DNA from: Nitrospirota bacterium
Lineage (GTDB): Bacteria; Nitrospirota; Thermodesulfovibrionia; Thermodesulfovibrionales; JdFR-86
DNA length: 64,000 nt
Direction: 5' to 3'
NCBI GenBank assembly: GCA_963721805.1
Contig: CAVRJY010000004.1
Location: 288,516-352,515, forward strand
Shown here: piece after piece, positions 1-10,842 of the stretch
Numbering within the stretch: position 1 is the first letter of the stretch
Layout of the letters: each line of letters opens with the position of its first letter
Program-made: the position numbers and the translations under genes
The notes under the pieces: model-generated
Told to the model about the DNA's origin: nothing
What the model saw: only the letters and a program-made list of their open reading frames with translations
The model's database searches: none

Positions 1-360
1 GAACTCCTTGACCTTGGCCTTTGCGATGCCCTGCATCAGGACCTTGACGCGGCCGTCCGGGAGCTTCAGCATGCGCATGATGAGCCCCACGACGCCGACC
101 CTGAACAGCTCCTGGGGCCTCGGGGTCTCCACGCTCATGTCCCTCTGCGTCAGGAGCAGGACCATGCTGTTGCCCGCTACGGCCTCTTCGAGGGCGCGGA
201 TCGAGATGTCCCTGCCCACGAAGAGCGGCAGGATCATGTAGGGGAACACGACTATGTCGCGCACCGGGAGCACCGGGAGCTCGGAGGGTATCTCGACCTC
301 GCGCTCGGCGTCCTTGTCGTCTTTGAGTATGTCGTCGTCGTTTTCAGCCTGTGCCGCCAT
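1..360 (-). CDS. lon: ATP-dependent protease La, N-terminal part (runs off the window edge)
   Basis: Hand translation from the ATG at 360 gives MAAQAENDDD...ELPVLPVRDIVVFPYMILPLFVGRDISIRALEEA...KLPDGRVKVLMQG, the typical Lon N-domain. Not in the ORF track. Confidence 0.93.
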   Translation of the reverse strand, partial: MAAQAENDDDILKDDKDAEREVEIPSELPVLPVRDIVVFPYMILPLFVGRDISIRALEEAVAGNSMVLLLTQRDMSVETPRPQELFRVGVVGLIMRMLKLPDGRVKVLMQGIAKAKVKEF

Positions 361-399
361 TTTGACCTCTTTTTTTATTTTCATGTTGTGCGCCCGCGC

Positions 400-1275
400 C
401 TAGAGTGCGGCGGCCCGGCCCTTCAGGTATTCCCGGAACGCGGCGCTCAGCCTTTCGTCTACGAGTGCGAACTCAACCGTGGCCTTCAGAAACCCGAGCT
501 TGTCGCCCGCGTCATAGCGCGTGCCTTCGAATATCAGGCCGTAGACCGGCCTCTTTCCGAGCAGCCGCTTTAAGGCGTCCGTCAGCTGTATCTCGCCGCC
601 CCGGCCGGGCTTCTGTGTTTCGAGCATATCGAATATGTCCGGGGTGAGGATATACCTGCCTATGATCGCGAGGTCCGAGGGGGCCTCGCTGACCTTCGGC
701 TTCTCGACCATGTCGGTGATCCTCACCACGCCATCGCCCTCCTCGACGCCAGCTATGACGCCGTAGTGGCTGACCTCGGAGCGGGGCACGCGCTGAAGCG
801 CGACCACCGGGGCGTCGAGCCTGGCGTAGAGCTTTATCATGTCCTTAAGCAGCGTCTCGCCGGGCGGTATGATGTCGTCGCTGAGGATGACCGCGACGGC
901 CTCGTCCTTGACGAACGGCCTCGCGCAGTATATCGCGTGGCCGAGCCCCAGGGGCGCGCCCTGCCTGATATAGGCGAAGTTTATGTTCTCGAGCCACTTG
1001 ATCTCGGCCATCATGTGCATCTTATCGCTCTTTTTCAGGGATTCCTCGAGCTCCAGCGCCACGTCGAAGTGGTCCTCGATCGCGCGCTTGTTCTTCCCTG
1101 TGATGACCACGAACTCGTCGATCCCGCAGCCGATGGCCTCCTCGACGGCGTACTGTATCAGCGGCTTGTCCACGACCGCGAGCATCTCCTTGGGGGAGGC
1201 CTTCGTAGCGGGCAGAAATCTGGTGCCGAGCCCGGCCGCGGGCAGTATCGCCTTTCTTACGGATCTTTTCGTCAT
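400..1275 (-). CDS. galU: UTP--glucose-1-phosphate uridylyltransferase
   Basis: KAILPAAGLGTRFLPATKASPKEML, VEKP and GEIQLTDA motifs. Confidence 0.97.
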   Translation of the reverse strand: MTKRSVRKAILPAAGLGTRFLPATKASPKEMLAVVDKPLIQYAVEEAIGCGIDEFVVITGKNKRAIEDHFDVALELEESLKKSDKMHMMAEIKWLENINFAYIRQGAPLGLGHAIYCARPFVKDEAVAVILSDDIIPPGETLLKDMIKLYARLDAPVVALQRVPRSEVSHYGVIAGVEEGDGVVRITDMVEKPKVSEAPSDLAIIGRYILTPDIFDMLETQKPGRGGEIQLTDALKRLLGKRPVYGLIFEGTRYDAGDKLGFLKATVEFALVDERLSAAFREYLKGRAAAL

Positions 1276-1465
1276 CAGGTGCGCGCAGACCTCCGCAGCC
1301 GGATTTTTGCCTTATTGTACTTGCATCTAGTCCTAATCGCAACTATAACATATAAGGCCTATATATGCACTAGGGGCAGAGCGTAAAGCGCGGGGAACTC
1401 CTTGAAACGTACTTCGAGGACGATCTGCGGCGGCTGACGGCGCATCACGCGCAATTGGCGCGCTT

Positions 1466-2233
1466 CTATTTAACCTCGCCCAGGACGGATTTCAGCTTCA
1501 GGAGGGCCTTCCCGTGGAGCTGGCAGACGCGCGATTCCGTGAGGTCCAGCACCTTGCCGATCTCCTTCATCGTCAGCTCGTCCCAGTAGTAGAGCGAGAG
1601 CACGAGGCGCTCCTTTTCGGCGAGCTTCTTTATCTGCTCCGCGATGCGGTGCTGCATGTCGGCCTTTAAAAGTTCGCCCAGAGGGCTTACGGCCGCGGGG
1701 TCCGCGATGCTGTCGAGGATCTGCAAGCCGTCGTTGCCCTCGCCGAAGTCCTCAAACCGGATGGACATCGCGCCGCGGGCCTCCTGCATCGTTGCGTAAA
1801 AGTCGTCGAGCGTGATGCCCAGGGCCTCGGCTACCTCCTCGTCCTCGGGCGCGCGGCCGAGTTGGGCTTGCAGGCGGGTGTGGGTGCCCTTGAGGTCGTC
1901 GACGCGCTTCTTGGCGCTTCGGGGCAGCCAGTCCGCGGCCCGGATCTCATCGAGCATCGAGCCCTTGATCCGTTTTTCGGCGTAGGTCTTGAGCTTCACG
2001 CGGCCGGGCTCGAATTTTTCGAGCGCGTCCAGGAGCCCCATCAGCCCGGCGCTTATCAGGTCGTCCACGGTGAGCTGGGGCGGCAGCCTCCACTCCATCC
2101 TGTGAGCGGTGAACTTGATGTAAGGGAGGAACTCCTTGATGATGCGTTCCTTGTCTTCCTCCCCAAGGGAATGCGCGAACCCGTACATGTTCCTGTACTG
2201 ACCCTCCGCGTATGCGAACTGGCTTCTCAGCAT
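1466..2233 (-). CDS. fliA: Flagellar sigma-28 factor (FliA/WhiG family)
   Basis: DDLISAGLMGLLDA and DWLPRS motifs, region 4 LTMKEIGKVLDLTESRVCQLH; last gene of the flagellar operon. Start uncertain. Confidence 0.95.
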   Translation of the reverse strand: MLRSQFAYAEGQYRNMYGFAHSLGEEDKERIIKEFLPYIKFTAHRMEWRLPPQLTVDDLISAGLMGLLDALEKFEPGRVKLKTYAEKRIKGSMLDEIRAADWLPRSAKKRVDDLKGTHTRLQAQLGRAPEDEEVAEALGITLDDFYATMQEARGAMSIRFEDFGEGNDGLQILDSIADPAAVSPLGELLKADMQHRIAEQIKKLAEKERLVLSLYYWDELTMKEIGKVLDLTESRVCQLHGKALLKLKSVLGEVK

Positions 2234-2270
2234 ATTGTATAGCTTTCCGCGCGGTTTTTCATGGGTTTCC

Positions 2271-3095
2271 TCAGGCTTCCGTGCGTCCCTTCAAAAGCGC
2301 GTTCCAGAAAAACTGTATAGAGCCCTTCTCGGGATTGACGGCCCCGGCGTCGAGCACAGCGGCGATCTCCTTGATCTGCTTGGCCGACGGGCTCAGCGGG
2401 AACTTGTCGATCACGGCGCCCTGCATGCGCACTGCCTTCCTTATCGACTCGTCAAACGGGATGTGGCCGAGGTAATCGAGCGATATGCTCAAAAACCGCT
2501 CGGCCGCCATAGAAAGTTTCCTGAATACCTCGAGCGCCTCGTTGCGGTCTCTGACGGAGTTGATGATCACGTGGAAGCGCTTCTCCTGGTAGTTCTTGTA
2601 AAGAACCTTGATGAGCGCGTATGCGTCCGTGAGCGCGGTGGGCTCGGGCGAGGTCACGACCACGATCTCCTGCGACGCGGCGCAGAAAAACGCGACGTTT
2701 TGCGATATACCGGCCGCCGAGTCCACGAGCATCACGTCGATCTCGCCTTCATAGGAGTCAAACGCCTCGACGAGCATCATCTGCTGAAACTCGTCCAGGC
2801 TCGTGATCTCCTGGGTCCCGGACGTGGCGGGCAGTATCTTGATCCCGTGCGGGCCCTCGATGATGACCTCCGCAAGCGAGCGCTCGCCGCTGAGCACGTG
2901 GCTGATGTTGTACTTGGGCGAGAGGTTCAAGACTACGTCTATGTTGCTCAGGCCCAGGTCCGCGTCGAATACTAGGACCTCGCGCCCCATCTTTCTAAGC
3001 GCAATAGCGAGGTTCGCCACTATGTTGGTCTTGCCCACGCCGCCCTTGCCGCTGGCGACGGTTATGGTCTTAACCGACCGCTCCCTCGCCATCAT
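2271..3095 (-). CDS. flhG: MinD-like flagellar number regulator FlhG/FleN
   Basis: SGKGGVGKT, DADLGLSN and PEPTALTDAYALIK motifs; lies between flhF and fliA. Confidence 0.93.
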   Translation of the reverse strand: MMARERSVKTITVASGKGGVGKTNIVANLAIALRKMGREVLVFDADLGLSNIDVVLNLSPKYNISHVLSGERSLAEVIIEGPHGIKILPATSGTQEITSLDEFQQMMLVEAFDSYEGEIDVMLVDSAAGISQNVAFFCAASQEIVVVTSPEPTALTDAYALIKVLYKNYQEKRFHVIINSVRDRNEALEVFRKLSMAAERFLSISLDYLGHIPFDESIRKAVRMQGAVIDKFPLSPSAKQIKEIAAVLDAGAVNPEKGSIQFFWNALLKGRTEA

Positions 3096-4291
3096 GCCAC
3101 CCCTTTCGCCGCTGCAACCGAGCCAAGCACCATAGAGGCAAGCTCGGCCGCGCCCGGAAACTCGATGTCGTCCGGGACCTTCTGCCCTGTCGTGACGTAG
3201 GCCACCGGCCTGCCGGTTATCTCGGCCATGTTGTATACCGCACCGAAGCGGCAGGCCTCGTCGGCCTTCGTCAGACCGAGCACGTCTATCGGAAGCTCGC
3301 TGTAACGGCGGCAGCTCTCGACCACGAACTCCTCGTCGCTCGCCGCACTCATCAGCAGGTGCACCTCGACGCCCATCGAGGCCATGCGCCCGAGCTCGCC
3401 CAGGTACTTGGGGTCCTTCGGGTTTCGGCCCGTGGTGTCGATGAATACGAGGTCCTTGTCGGAGTGCATCAGAAGTACGTGCCCGAGGCCGTCGACGTCA
3501 TGCGCGGTCTCGAGCGGGACGCCGAGGATGCGGGCGTAGATGCGGATCTGCTCGGCAGCGCCTATGCGGTAGGTATCGAGGTTTACGAGCGCTATGCGCT
3601 TTCCGGCCCTCACCGCGCGCGCCGCCAGCTTCGCAATAGTGGTGGTCTTGCCGACCCCGGTCGGGCCGATGACCATGATCGCCTTCGTCGCGACCGAGCC
3701 GCATTTGGCGGTGCGGATCGAGGCGGAGATCAGGCCGTGGAGTTCGTTAGAGTCCGCCGCGCGCTCGCAGAGCTCGAAGGCAAGAGCCTCGGCCACGGCG
3801 TTTTTGCGCAGTATGGCGAACATCTCTTTCTTTGAGGCCGGTACGCTCATCTCGTAGCCCCTGCGGTGCATCGAGATCACCGCCTCGCGGAGCTCCGCGA
3901 GCTCGCGCGTGACGTTGTCGAGCCCGATTGACGCAGCAGGCGCCGCTGGCGCGGCCTGTGCGGCCTGCGCTATCGGTGCGGCCTGCTTCCTGAAGATGGC
4001 CTCGTGCCTGTGAGGCGGCGTGGCCTTATGGACCGGCTTAAGCGGCTGGCGGCTGCCGCCGTATGCCTGTGCCGCCGGGCCGGCTGCGATGGCAACCGCC
4101 GCGCTCGCGGCCTCTATCGCATGGCGGGCCTGGCCGGAGGACACGGACGGGCCTTCGTCTATGGCCGCGGTGACCTCGACGCGCCGGCCGTTTTCGGTCG
4201 AGGACATGATGATCGCATCGTCGCCGAGCTCGCGCCTTATCATGGCCAGCGCCTCGGTATAATTCCTCGCCTCGAATTTCCTAATCCTCAT
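3092..4291 (-). CDS. flhF: SRP-family GTPase FlhF
   Basis: GPTGVGKTTTIAKLAA, DTYRIGAAEQ, DTTG and GQKVPDDI motifs. Confidence 0.95.
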   Translation of the reverse strand: MRIRKFEARNYTEALAMIRRELGDDAIIMSSTENGRRVEVTAAIDEGPSVSSGQARHAIEAASAAVAIAAGPAAQAYGGSRQPLKPVHKATPPHRHEAIFRKQAAPIAQAAQAAPAAPAASIGLDNVTRELAELREAVISMHRRGYEMSVPASKKEMFAILRKNAVAEALAFELCERAADSNELHGLISASIRTAKCGSVATKAIMVIGPTGVGKTTTIAKLAARAVRAGKRIALVNLDTYRIGAAEQIRIYARILGVPLETAHDVDGLGHVLLMHSDKDLVFIDTTGRNPKDPKYLGELGRMASMGVEVHLLMSAASDEEFVVESCRRYSELPIDVLGLTKADEACRFGAVYNMAEITGRPVAYVTTGQKVPDDIEFPGAAELASMVLGSVAAAKGVA

Positions 4292-6314
4292 ATTTCACCA
4301 TCCCAAGGGTATAGATTTTAGCCGCGGGCGCGATCTCGGCGCTCGAGAGCACGACGACGGCCGGCATGAACTTGTCCAGTATCTTGCGCATGAGCCTGCG
4401 GACCTGCGACGAGCAGAGTATCACGGGCTGTGCGCCGCGCAGCGTCTCGCTCTTGACCGACTTCTCGATGCCCTTTAAAAAACGGCTCACGAGGTCCGGG
4501 CTCACGGACTCGCCGGTCTGCATCGACTGCGACATCGCGCGCTCGAACCGGGGGTCTACGGTGAATACCGGGAGGCTCCCGTCCTGGCTTATGTATTTCT
4601 TCGTTATCTGCCGCGCCAGCGACTGGCGCACCTGCTCCGTGAGCAGCTCGGTGTCCTTCGTCATCGGCGAGAAGTCCAGCAGGCCCTCCAGTATCGTCAC
4701 GAGGTCCTTGACCGGTATGCCTTCGCGCAGCAGGCCCTGCAGGACGCGCTGCACCTGCCCGAGGCTCAGGAGCGCCGGGATCAGCTCCTCGGAGAGCTTC
4801 GGGTAGACCTTGGCCACGTTATCGAGGAGGTTTTGGACCTCGCCGCGGGAGAGCAGCTCCCAGGCGTTGCGCTTGACCAGCTCTGTTATGTGCGTTACGA
4901 TCACGGTCGCGGAGTCCACGACCATGTACCCGGCCATCTGGGCCTCCTCCACGGCGGCCTCCTCGATCCAGAACGCCGGCAGCCCGAACGCGGGCTCCTT
5001 CGTGGGGATGCCCTCTATGTGGCCGGCCCCCTCGGACTGCACCGCGAGGAAACTGCCGAGCATCAGCTCGCCGCGGCCGATCTCGACCCCCCGAAGCAGG
5101 AAGCTGTACTCGTGCGGGCGGAGCTGGAGGTTGTCCTTGATATGGATGGGGGGCACGATGAACCCCAGCTCGGCCGCAAGGTTGCGGCGCATGCTCTTGA
5201 GCTTGCTCAAAAGGTCGCTCTGCTCCTCGACGAGCGGGATCAGGCCGTAGCCGATCTCGAGCGCGAGGGGGTCTAATTCCAGCATCGACTCTATTCGGGG
5301 CTCCTCTGTAGCGGCGGGCTTGAGCGGGACCTCGGCGGCCTTCTCCTCAGCCTTGCCGGAGTTCGTCATCTGGTAGTAGGCGAACCCGAGCGTGGCGCTG
5401 CCAAGAAGCAGGAACGGCACATGCGGGAGGCCGGGTATCAGCCCTATTATCGTGAGCATGCCGCCGGCCGTGAACAGGACCCTGTGGTTCGTAAACAGCT
5501 GGCGGCCGAGCGAGTTGCCGAATTCGCCGCCCATGCCGTTGCGGCTTACGATGATGCCCGCGCTCGTCGATATCATAAGGGCCGGGATCTGGGCTACCAG
5601 CCCGTCGCCGACCGTGAGGATCGTGAAGGTCTTGGCCGCCTCGGCTATCGCCATCCCGTGCTGCAGGGTGCCGATCAGGAGCCCGCCAAGGATATTGACG
5701 CCGACTATGATCATGGCCGCTTGGGCGTCACGCGCCACGAAGCGGCTCGCGCCGTCCATCGAGCCGTAGAAGTCCGCCTCCTGCGCGACGAGCTCGCGGC
5801 GGCGGCGGGCCTCGTTGTCGTCTATGAGCCCGGTGTTGAGGTCGGCGTCTATGGCCATCTGCTTGCCGGGCAGGGCGTCGAGGGTGAAGCGCGCCGCGAC
5901 CTCGGCGATGCGGACCGCGCCGTGCGCTATGACGTAAAAGTTCACTATCGCGATAACGAGGAATACTACGATGCCGACGACGTAATTGCCCCCGACGACG
6001 AACTCGCCGAAGGACTTGATGACCGAGCTTACCGCGTCCGGGCCCTCGCTGCCCTTAAGCAGGATCATGCGGGTGGCCGCGATGTTCAGCGCGAGGCGGT
6101 AGATCGTGGTCAAAAGCAGCAGAGACGGGAATACGCTGAAGTCCATCGGCTTGTCGACGAAGACCGCGGTGACCATCACCACGACGCCCACCGAGATCGA
6201 GATCGAAAGCAGGATGTCGAGGATGAAGGGCGGCATCGGGAGAATCATGATCCCGAGCAGCACGACCACGAATATCGCGACCCAGATGTTGGATTTGCCC
6301 CTTATCGCAGTCAT
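4281..6314 (-). CDS. flhA: Flagellar export gate protein FlhA
   Basis: RIAEVAARFTLDALPGKQMAIDADL and FYGSMDGASRFV motifs. Confidence 0.97.
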   Translation of the reverse strand: MTAIRGKSNIWVAIFVVVLLGIMILPMPPFILDILLSISISVGVVVMVTAVFVDKPMDFSVFPSLLLLTTIYRLALNIAATRMILLKGSEGPDAVSSVIKSFGEFVVGGNYVVGIVVFLVIAIVNFYVIAHGAVRIAEVAARFTLDALPGKQMAIDADLNTGLIDDNEARRRRELVAQEADFYGSMDGASRFVARDAQAAMIIVGVNILGGLLIGTLQHGMAIAEAAKTFTILTVGDGLVAQIPALMISTSAGIIVSRNGMGGEFGNSLGRQLFTNHRVLFTAGGMLTIIGLIPGLPHVPFLLLGSATLGFAYYQMTNSGKAEEKAAEVPLKPAATEEPRIESMLELDPLALEIGYGLIPLVEEQSDLLSKLKSMRRNLAAELGFIVPPIHIKDNLQLRPHEYSFLLRGVEIGRGELMLGSFLAVQSEGAGHIEGIPTKEPAFGLPAFWIEEAAVEEAQMAGYMVVDSATVIVTHITELVKRNAWELLSRGEVQNLLDNVAKVYPKLSEELIPALLSLGQVQRVLQGLLREGIPVKDLVTILEGLLDFSPMTKDTELLTEQVRQSLARQITKKYISQDGSLPVFTVDPRFERAMSQSMQTGESVSPDLVSRFLKGIEKSVKSETLRGAQPVILCSSQVRRLMRKILDKFMPAVVVLSSAEIAPAAKIYTLGMVKYED

Positions 6315-6322
6315 CGCATCGC

Positions 6323-7363
6323 CTATGCCGCCGCCATGCCCTTGAGCTTGTAGACGCGCGCTATGATCTTCGCGACGGCCTTGTACAGCTCGGCGGGGAC
6401 GAACGAGTCGAGTTCGAGTTTATAGAGCGTGCGGGCCAGGAGCTTGTCCTCTATCACCGGCACGCCGTGCTCCCTGGCGATCTCCTTGATGCGGGCCGCG
6501 AGGTGGTCCGCGCCCTTGGCGACGATCTTCGGCGCGCCCATGCCCTTTTCATAGAGCAGCGCTACGGCAAAGTGCGTGGGGTTGGTTATGACCACCGTGG
6601 CCTTAGGGACGGCCGAGAGCATGCGCTTGCGGAACATCTGGAACTGGAGCATGCGGATGCGGCGCTTGACCTGCGGGTCGCCGTTTAGCTCCTTGTTCTC
6701 TTCCTTTACGTCCTCCTTCGACATCTTCATGTCGTCGTTGTAGCGCTTGCGCTCCAAAAAGTAGCTTATGGCCGCGATTATCGCAAGCCACAGCAGGCCG
6801 GCCTTTATCAGCAGCACGGCCATTTCGTATGTCTTGGCCAACGCGGCATGCAGCCCGAGCGCGGTTAGCATCGGCAGGCTGAAGACCATCTGCTTCATTA
6901 CAAAGTAGAAGACGACCGTGCCGCTGACGAACTTCAGCACGCTTTTAAAGACCTCGTGCGCCCCCTCGGCCGAGAACTTCCGCTTGAGCCCGCTTATGGG
7001 GTCGAAGGCGTTGAACTTAAGCTCGAAGGGCTTCCAGACGAGCCCGCCCTGCGCCACGCTCGAGGCAATGCCGATCACGACCGCGGCCGCGAATATCGGC
7101 AGCAGGAGCATCATGCCGTCGAGCGAGGCCGCGCGCATCGCGTTTATCGGGTTAATGCCGTACTGCTGGCCGAGAGTTTTCGCCATTATCTTTCCGAGGC
7201 CGTTGAATATGCCCCCGCCCTGATACTTAATCACCACGAAGGCGGCCGCGAGGACCGCGGCGCCAACGACCTCCTTGCTCCGGGGGATCTGGCCCTTCTC
7301 GAGGGCCTTCTTGATCTTGTGGGAGGACGCTTGTTGTGTTTTTCTGTCTTTGTCTTCGGCCAT
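6323..7363 (-). CDS. flhB: Flagellar export switch protein FlhB
   Basis: NPTH autocleavage motif; GDPQVKRRIR. Confidence 0.96.
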   Translation of the reverse strand: MAEDKDRKTQQASSHKIKKALEKGQIPRSKEVVGAAVLAAAFVVIKYQGGGIFNGLGKIMAKTLGQQYGINPINAMRAASLDGMMLLLPIFAAAVVIGIASSVAQGGLVWKPFELKFNAFDPISGLKRKFSAEGAHEVFKSVLKFVSGTVVFYFVMKQMVFSLPMLTALGLHAALAKTYEMAVLLIKAGLLWLAIIAAISYFLERKRYNDDMKMSKEDVKEENKELNGDPQVKRRIRMLQFQMFRKRMLSAVPKATVVITNPTHFAVALLYEKGMGAPKIVAKGADHLAARIKEIAREHGVPVIEDKLLARTLYKLELDSFVPAELYKAVAKIIARVYKLKGMAAA

Positions 7364-7369
7364 CGCGCC

Positions 7370-8140
7370 CTATCTCCCGCCCGCGGCCATCAGGACGCCC
7401 ATGAACGTCTCGCGGATGCCGGCGAACTGGCCGTCGAGTAGCGTCATGAAGACCGGCACGCTCAGGTACATCACGAAAACGCCGACGAGGATGAAGATCG
7501 GGAAGCTCGTCATCATAATGTTCAGCGAAGGTGCGGCCTTGCCGATGAAGCCCATCGCTATGTTCGCAAGGAACGCGACCACCATGACAGGGGCCGCGAT
7601 CTTGAGCCCGAGGACGAGCACGCGGCCCCCCAGCGGCAGTATCTGCATCGCCACGGCCTTTATGTCGGCCCCTCCGGCCGGCACTATGTCGTAGCTTTTC
7701 ACGAACACGTACAGCAGGTCGTGGTGGCCGTTCATGGCCAGGAACTGAAGCGTCGCGAGCGCCCCCAGGAGCTGCGATATCTCCCCCGACTGCCCGAACA
7801 TGGGGTCGAAGACCTCTCCGGCGCGGAGCCCCTTTGCGGTGGCGATCAGCTGCCCGCCCACGTTTACGGCCTCGAAGACGAACCTTGTGGCCGCGCCCAT
7901 CGCCAGTCCGAGGACGATCTCCCTGACGACGAGCATCGCCATGCTAGCGCCCCCGGAGTGGAAGTTCACTACGGGCGTGAGCACGGCCGCGAGCGCCAGG
8001 GCCATGCCGACCCTGAACTGTATCGGGAAGGTGTCCTGCCCGAAGAGCGGCATGAACGCCATGAACATGCTCGTGCGCAGCAGCACGTACAGGAACGTGG
8101 GCACGTAAATGTTAAGCGCTCCTAGGTCCAGGCCGTCCAC
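7370..8140 (-). CDS. fliR: Flagellar export protein FliR
   Basis: Hydrophobic 256-aa protein between fliQ and flhB, with NGHH and KAAPSLN motifs. Confidence 0.92.
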   Translation of the reverse strand: MDGLDLGALNIYVPTFLYVLLRTSMFMAFMPLFGQDTFPIQFRVGMALALAAVLTPVVNFHSGGASMAMLVVREIVLGLAMGAATRFVFEAVNVGGQLIATAKGLRAGEVFDPMFGQSGEISQLLGALATLQFLAMNGHHDLLYVFVKSYDIVPAGGADIKAVAMQILPLGGRVLVLGLKIAAPVMVVAFLANIAMGFIGKAAPSLNIMMTSFPIFILVGVFVMYLSVPVFMTLLDGQFAGIRETFMGVLMAAGGR

Positions 8141-8152
8141 GGTTTCCTCTCC

Positions 8153-8425
8153 CTAGCTCTTTATGTACTCGGGTATGTGCTGGATCAGGTTGGTCGTGAA
8201 GCTTACGAGCACGCGCGCCATCCACGGCAGGAGCGCGAAGATGGTGAAGAAGACCGCGAGCACCTTCGGCACGAACGCCACGGCCGTGTCGTTGATCTGC
8301 GTGATCGACTGGATCAGGCTCACGAGCAGGCCTACGCCCATCGATACGAGGAGCACCGGGCCCCCGACGATGATGATCGTCTTGAACGTCTCGCCCGAGA
8401 TCTGCTTTACGAGGTCAATTGTCAT
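8153..8425 (-). CDS. fliQ: Flagellar export protein FliQ
   Basis: GLLVSLIQSITQIND..AFVPK motif. Confidence 0.95.
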   Translation of the reverse strand: MTIDLVKQISGETFKTIIIVGGPVLLVSMGVGLLVSLIQSITQINDTAVAFVPKVLAVFFTIFALLPWMARVLVSFTTNLIQHIPEYIKS

Positions 8426-9063
8426 TGGAAGCTCCTCACTATGGTGCCAGCCACCAGGCTCCAGCCGTCGACCAGCACGAATAAAAGCACCTTGAACGGC
8501 AGCGACACCATGACCGGCGGCAGCATCATCATGCCCATTGAAAGCAGTATGCTCGCTATCACCATGTCGATTATGAGAAACGGGATGAATATCAGAAATC
8601 CGATCTCGAACGAGGTGCGCAGCTCGCTTATCACGAACGAGGGCACGATGATGCGGATCGGCAGGTCCATCGGGTTTGAGGGCAGCTCGACCTTGGCCAT
8701 GCCTATAAACAGCGCCAGGTCCTTCTCCCTCGTCTGCTTCAGCATGAAGGCCTTCAGGGGCGGCTCGGCCTTCTGCACCGCCTCTCCAAGCGTGATCTTC
8801 TTGGCGAGGTAGGGGTCCAGCGCGTCATGGCTGATGACGTCTATCGTCGGGGCCATTATATAGAAAGACAGGAATATCGCGAGGCCGATGATTACGGTGT
8901 TCGGCGGCACCTGCTGCCCTATGGCATGCTTGACGAACGAGAGCATCACGACTATGCGCGTAAAAGACGTGAACATGATGAACACGGCCGGCAGGAACGA
9001 CAGCAGCGTCATGAAGACGAGCACCGATATAGCCGGGTTGGTCGCGTTCAGCAGGTTATCCAT
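8422..9063 (-). CDS. fliP: Flagellar export protein FliP
   Basis: TSFTRIVV and GMMMLPPVMVSLPFKVLLFVLVDGW motifs. Confidence 0.96.
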   Translation of the reverse strand: MDNLLNATNPAISVLVFMTLLSFLPAVFIMFTSFTRIVVMLSFVKHAIGQQVPPNTVIIGLAIFLSFYIMAPTIDVISHDALDPYLAKKITLGEAVQKAEPPLKAFMLKQTREKDLALFIGMAKVELPSNPMDLPIRIIVPSFVISELRTSFEIGFLIFIPFLIIDMVIASILLSMGMMMLPPVMVSLPFKVLLFVLVDGWSLVAGTIVRSFQ

Positions 9064-9436
9064 CGAGTGAGTCCTTCATCATGCGGAGCCGCCTTATGCG
9101 GTCCGCGATGGAAACGGGGGCGCCCGCCTGGGACTGAGACTGGGCCTGGGTGAGGCTGGCCGCGCCAGCGCCCGAGGCGGCGGCGGCAAAACCGGCCGTG
9201 CCGGCCGGGTAGCTGGTAAGCAGGCGGATTTCGGTGGCGGTGACGCCGAGGATCAGGACGTCGGGGCCGACGCGCATCGCGGTGATGCCCTTCTTGGGCC
9301 CGAGCGAGCGGTAGCCGAGCATGTCGAACATGCCCGAGGCCCCGTTTTGCTTCTTGGCCGCGAGCCGCCCAAGCCCGATTATCAGGAGCACCACGGCCGC
9401 CGTGGCCAGGGCCATCTGGATTAACGTGCCGGTCAT
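9056..9436 (-). CDS. fliO: Flagellar protein FliO
   Basis: C-terminal part of ORF 9056..9811 from MTGTLIQ: N-terminal TM helix then LGPKK..VG...LILGVT; lies between fliN and fliP. Confidence 0.8.
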   Translation of the reverse strand: MTGTLIQMALATAAVVLLIIGLGRLAAKKQNGASGMFDMLGYRSLGPKKGITAMRVGPDVLILGVTATEIRLLTSYPAGTAGFAAAASGAGAASLTQAQSQSQAGAPVSIADRIRRLRMMKDSLDG

Positions 9437-9852
9437 CTTAGCTGCTTCAGCCTCTCTGTTGGGCTGATGATGTCCGTCAGGCGGATGCCGAATTTTTCGT
9501 TGACCACGACGACCTCGCCGCGCGCGACGAGCTTCTGGTTGATCAGTATCTCCATCGGCTCTCCGGCGAGCTTGTCGAGCTCGACGACCGAGCCCTGCCC
9601 GAGCTGCAGCAGGTCGTTTATTATCATCTTGGTCCTGCCGAGCTCGACCGTGACGACCAGAGGTATGTCGAGCAGGAAGTCTATGTCCTTCGCCGGGCCG
9701 CCGCGCCTCTCGTCCCTGATCTCCTGGAACTGGGTCTTCTGGGCCGCGGCCGGCTGCGGCTTCGCAGCGGGTGCGGCCGGCTCGCCGCCGGTCTCCATCT
9801 GTGAAAGCCACTCCTCGGCCAGCTTGTCCTGGTCCACTTTCTCGTCAGCCAT
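9433..9852 (-). CDS. fliN: Flagellar motor switch protein FliN
   Basis: [15 protein letters not shown]...[13 protein letters not shown]poA domain; start placed at MADEK. Confidence 0.95.
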   Translation of the reverse strand: MADEKVDQDKLAEEWLSQMETGGEPAAPAAKPQPAAAQKTQFQEIRDERRGGPAKDIDFLLDIPLVVTVELGRTKMIINDLLQLGQGSVVELDKLAGEPMEILINQKLVARGEVVVVNEKFGIRLTDIISPTERLKQLR

Positions 9853-10837
9853 TTCTCTCCGCCTTTCCCTCAATCATGTTTGTCAGTTTGAGCGCCTGCG
9901 CCCCCCGGCTGTAGCCCGGCACGCCGGCGAACTTCGGCACGCCCTCGACCCTCAGCAGCAGCGGGTCGCTCACGGCCTTCCCAAGCGGTATGACGTCGCC
10001 GACCTCGAGCTCTATGAGGTCGCCGACCGTTATCTCGACCTCGCCTATCTCGGCCGAAAGGTGGGCCACGGACTCCCCGAGCACGCCCTTGAGCCTCTCG
10101 ACCCAGCGCGCGTCGGTCTCCATGCGGTCGCCCTTGATGCCGGAGAAAAGCTTGTCCTTTATCGGCTCGACCATCGAGTAGGGGATGCAGAAGAAGACCT
10201 TCCCGGTGAACTCCTCGATGTCGACATGGACCTCGATCTTGATGACGCCCTCCGTGGGGGTCACGATCGTCACGAACTGGGGGTTCATCTCAAGGCTGAT
10301 GTACTCGGGCTCTATGGCCTCGAGGCTCTGCCACGCCTCGCCGAGATCCCTGAGCGCGAGGCCCGAGATCTTGCGTATGACGCGCTGCTCTATCGGCGTG
10401 AAGTACCGGCCCTCGCTCTTGGTATAGAGCGAAGCTCCGCCGCCGAAGAAGTACTCTATCAGGGCGAAGACCATCGGGGCCTCCATGACGTAAAGCGCGT
10501 AGCCGTTAAGGGGCTCCATCTTGAATATGTTTATGCTCGACGGCATCGGGACGGTCTTCATGAACTCGCTGAACATGACCATCTCGACCCCGTGCACGTT
10601 GACGTCGACGAACCTCATCAGGACAGAGGCCAGGGAATCGCGAAACAGGCGGGAGAACCGCTCGTTGGCCATCTCCAGTCCGGGCATCCTGCCGCGGATG
10701 ATGCGCTCCTGCGCGGTGAAGTCATAGGAGGGGTATCCGTCGGTCGGCTCGGGCCTCCCGGCCTCGGTGGCTATCTCGCCGGTATCCACGCCCCTTAGCA
10801 GGGCATCGACTTCGTCTTGGGAGAGTATCTTGTCCAT
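9845..10837 (-). CDS. fliM: Flagellar motor switch protein FliM
   Basis: N-terminal [11 protein letters not shown]heY-binding peptide; YDF and EMNPQF motifs. Confidence 0.97.
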   Translation of the reverse strand: MDKILSQDEVDALLRGVDTGEIATEAGRPEPTDGYPSYDFTAQERIIRGRMPGLEMANERFSRLFRDSLASVLMRFVDVNVHGVEMVMFSEFMKTVPMPSSINIFKMEPLNGYALYVMEAPMVFALIEYFFGGGASLYTKSEGRYFTPIEQRVIRKISGLALRDLGEAWQSLEAIEPEYISLEMNPQFVTIVTPTEGVIKIEVHVDIEEFTGKVFFCIPYSMVEPIKDKLFSGIKGDRMETDARWVERLKGVLGESVAHLSAEIGEVEITVGDLIELEVGDVIPLGKAVSDPLLLRVEGVPKFAGVPGYSRGAQALKLTNMIEGKAERNG

Positions 10838-10842
10838 AAGCC

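Noticed and set aside
4281..9063. Non-flagellar type III secretion system
   Set aside because: The context (fliL/M/N/O, flhF/G, fliA) is clearly flagellar.
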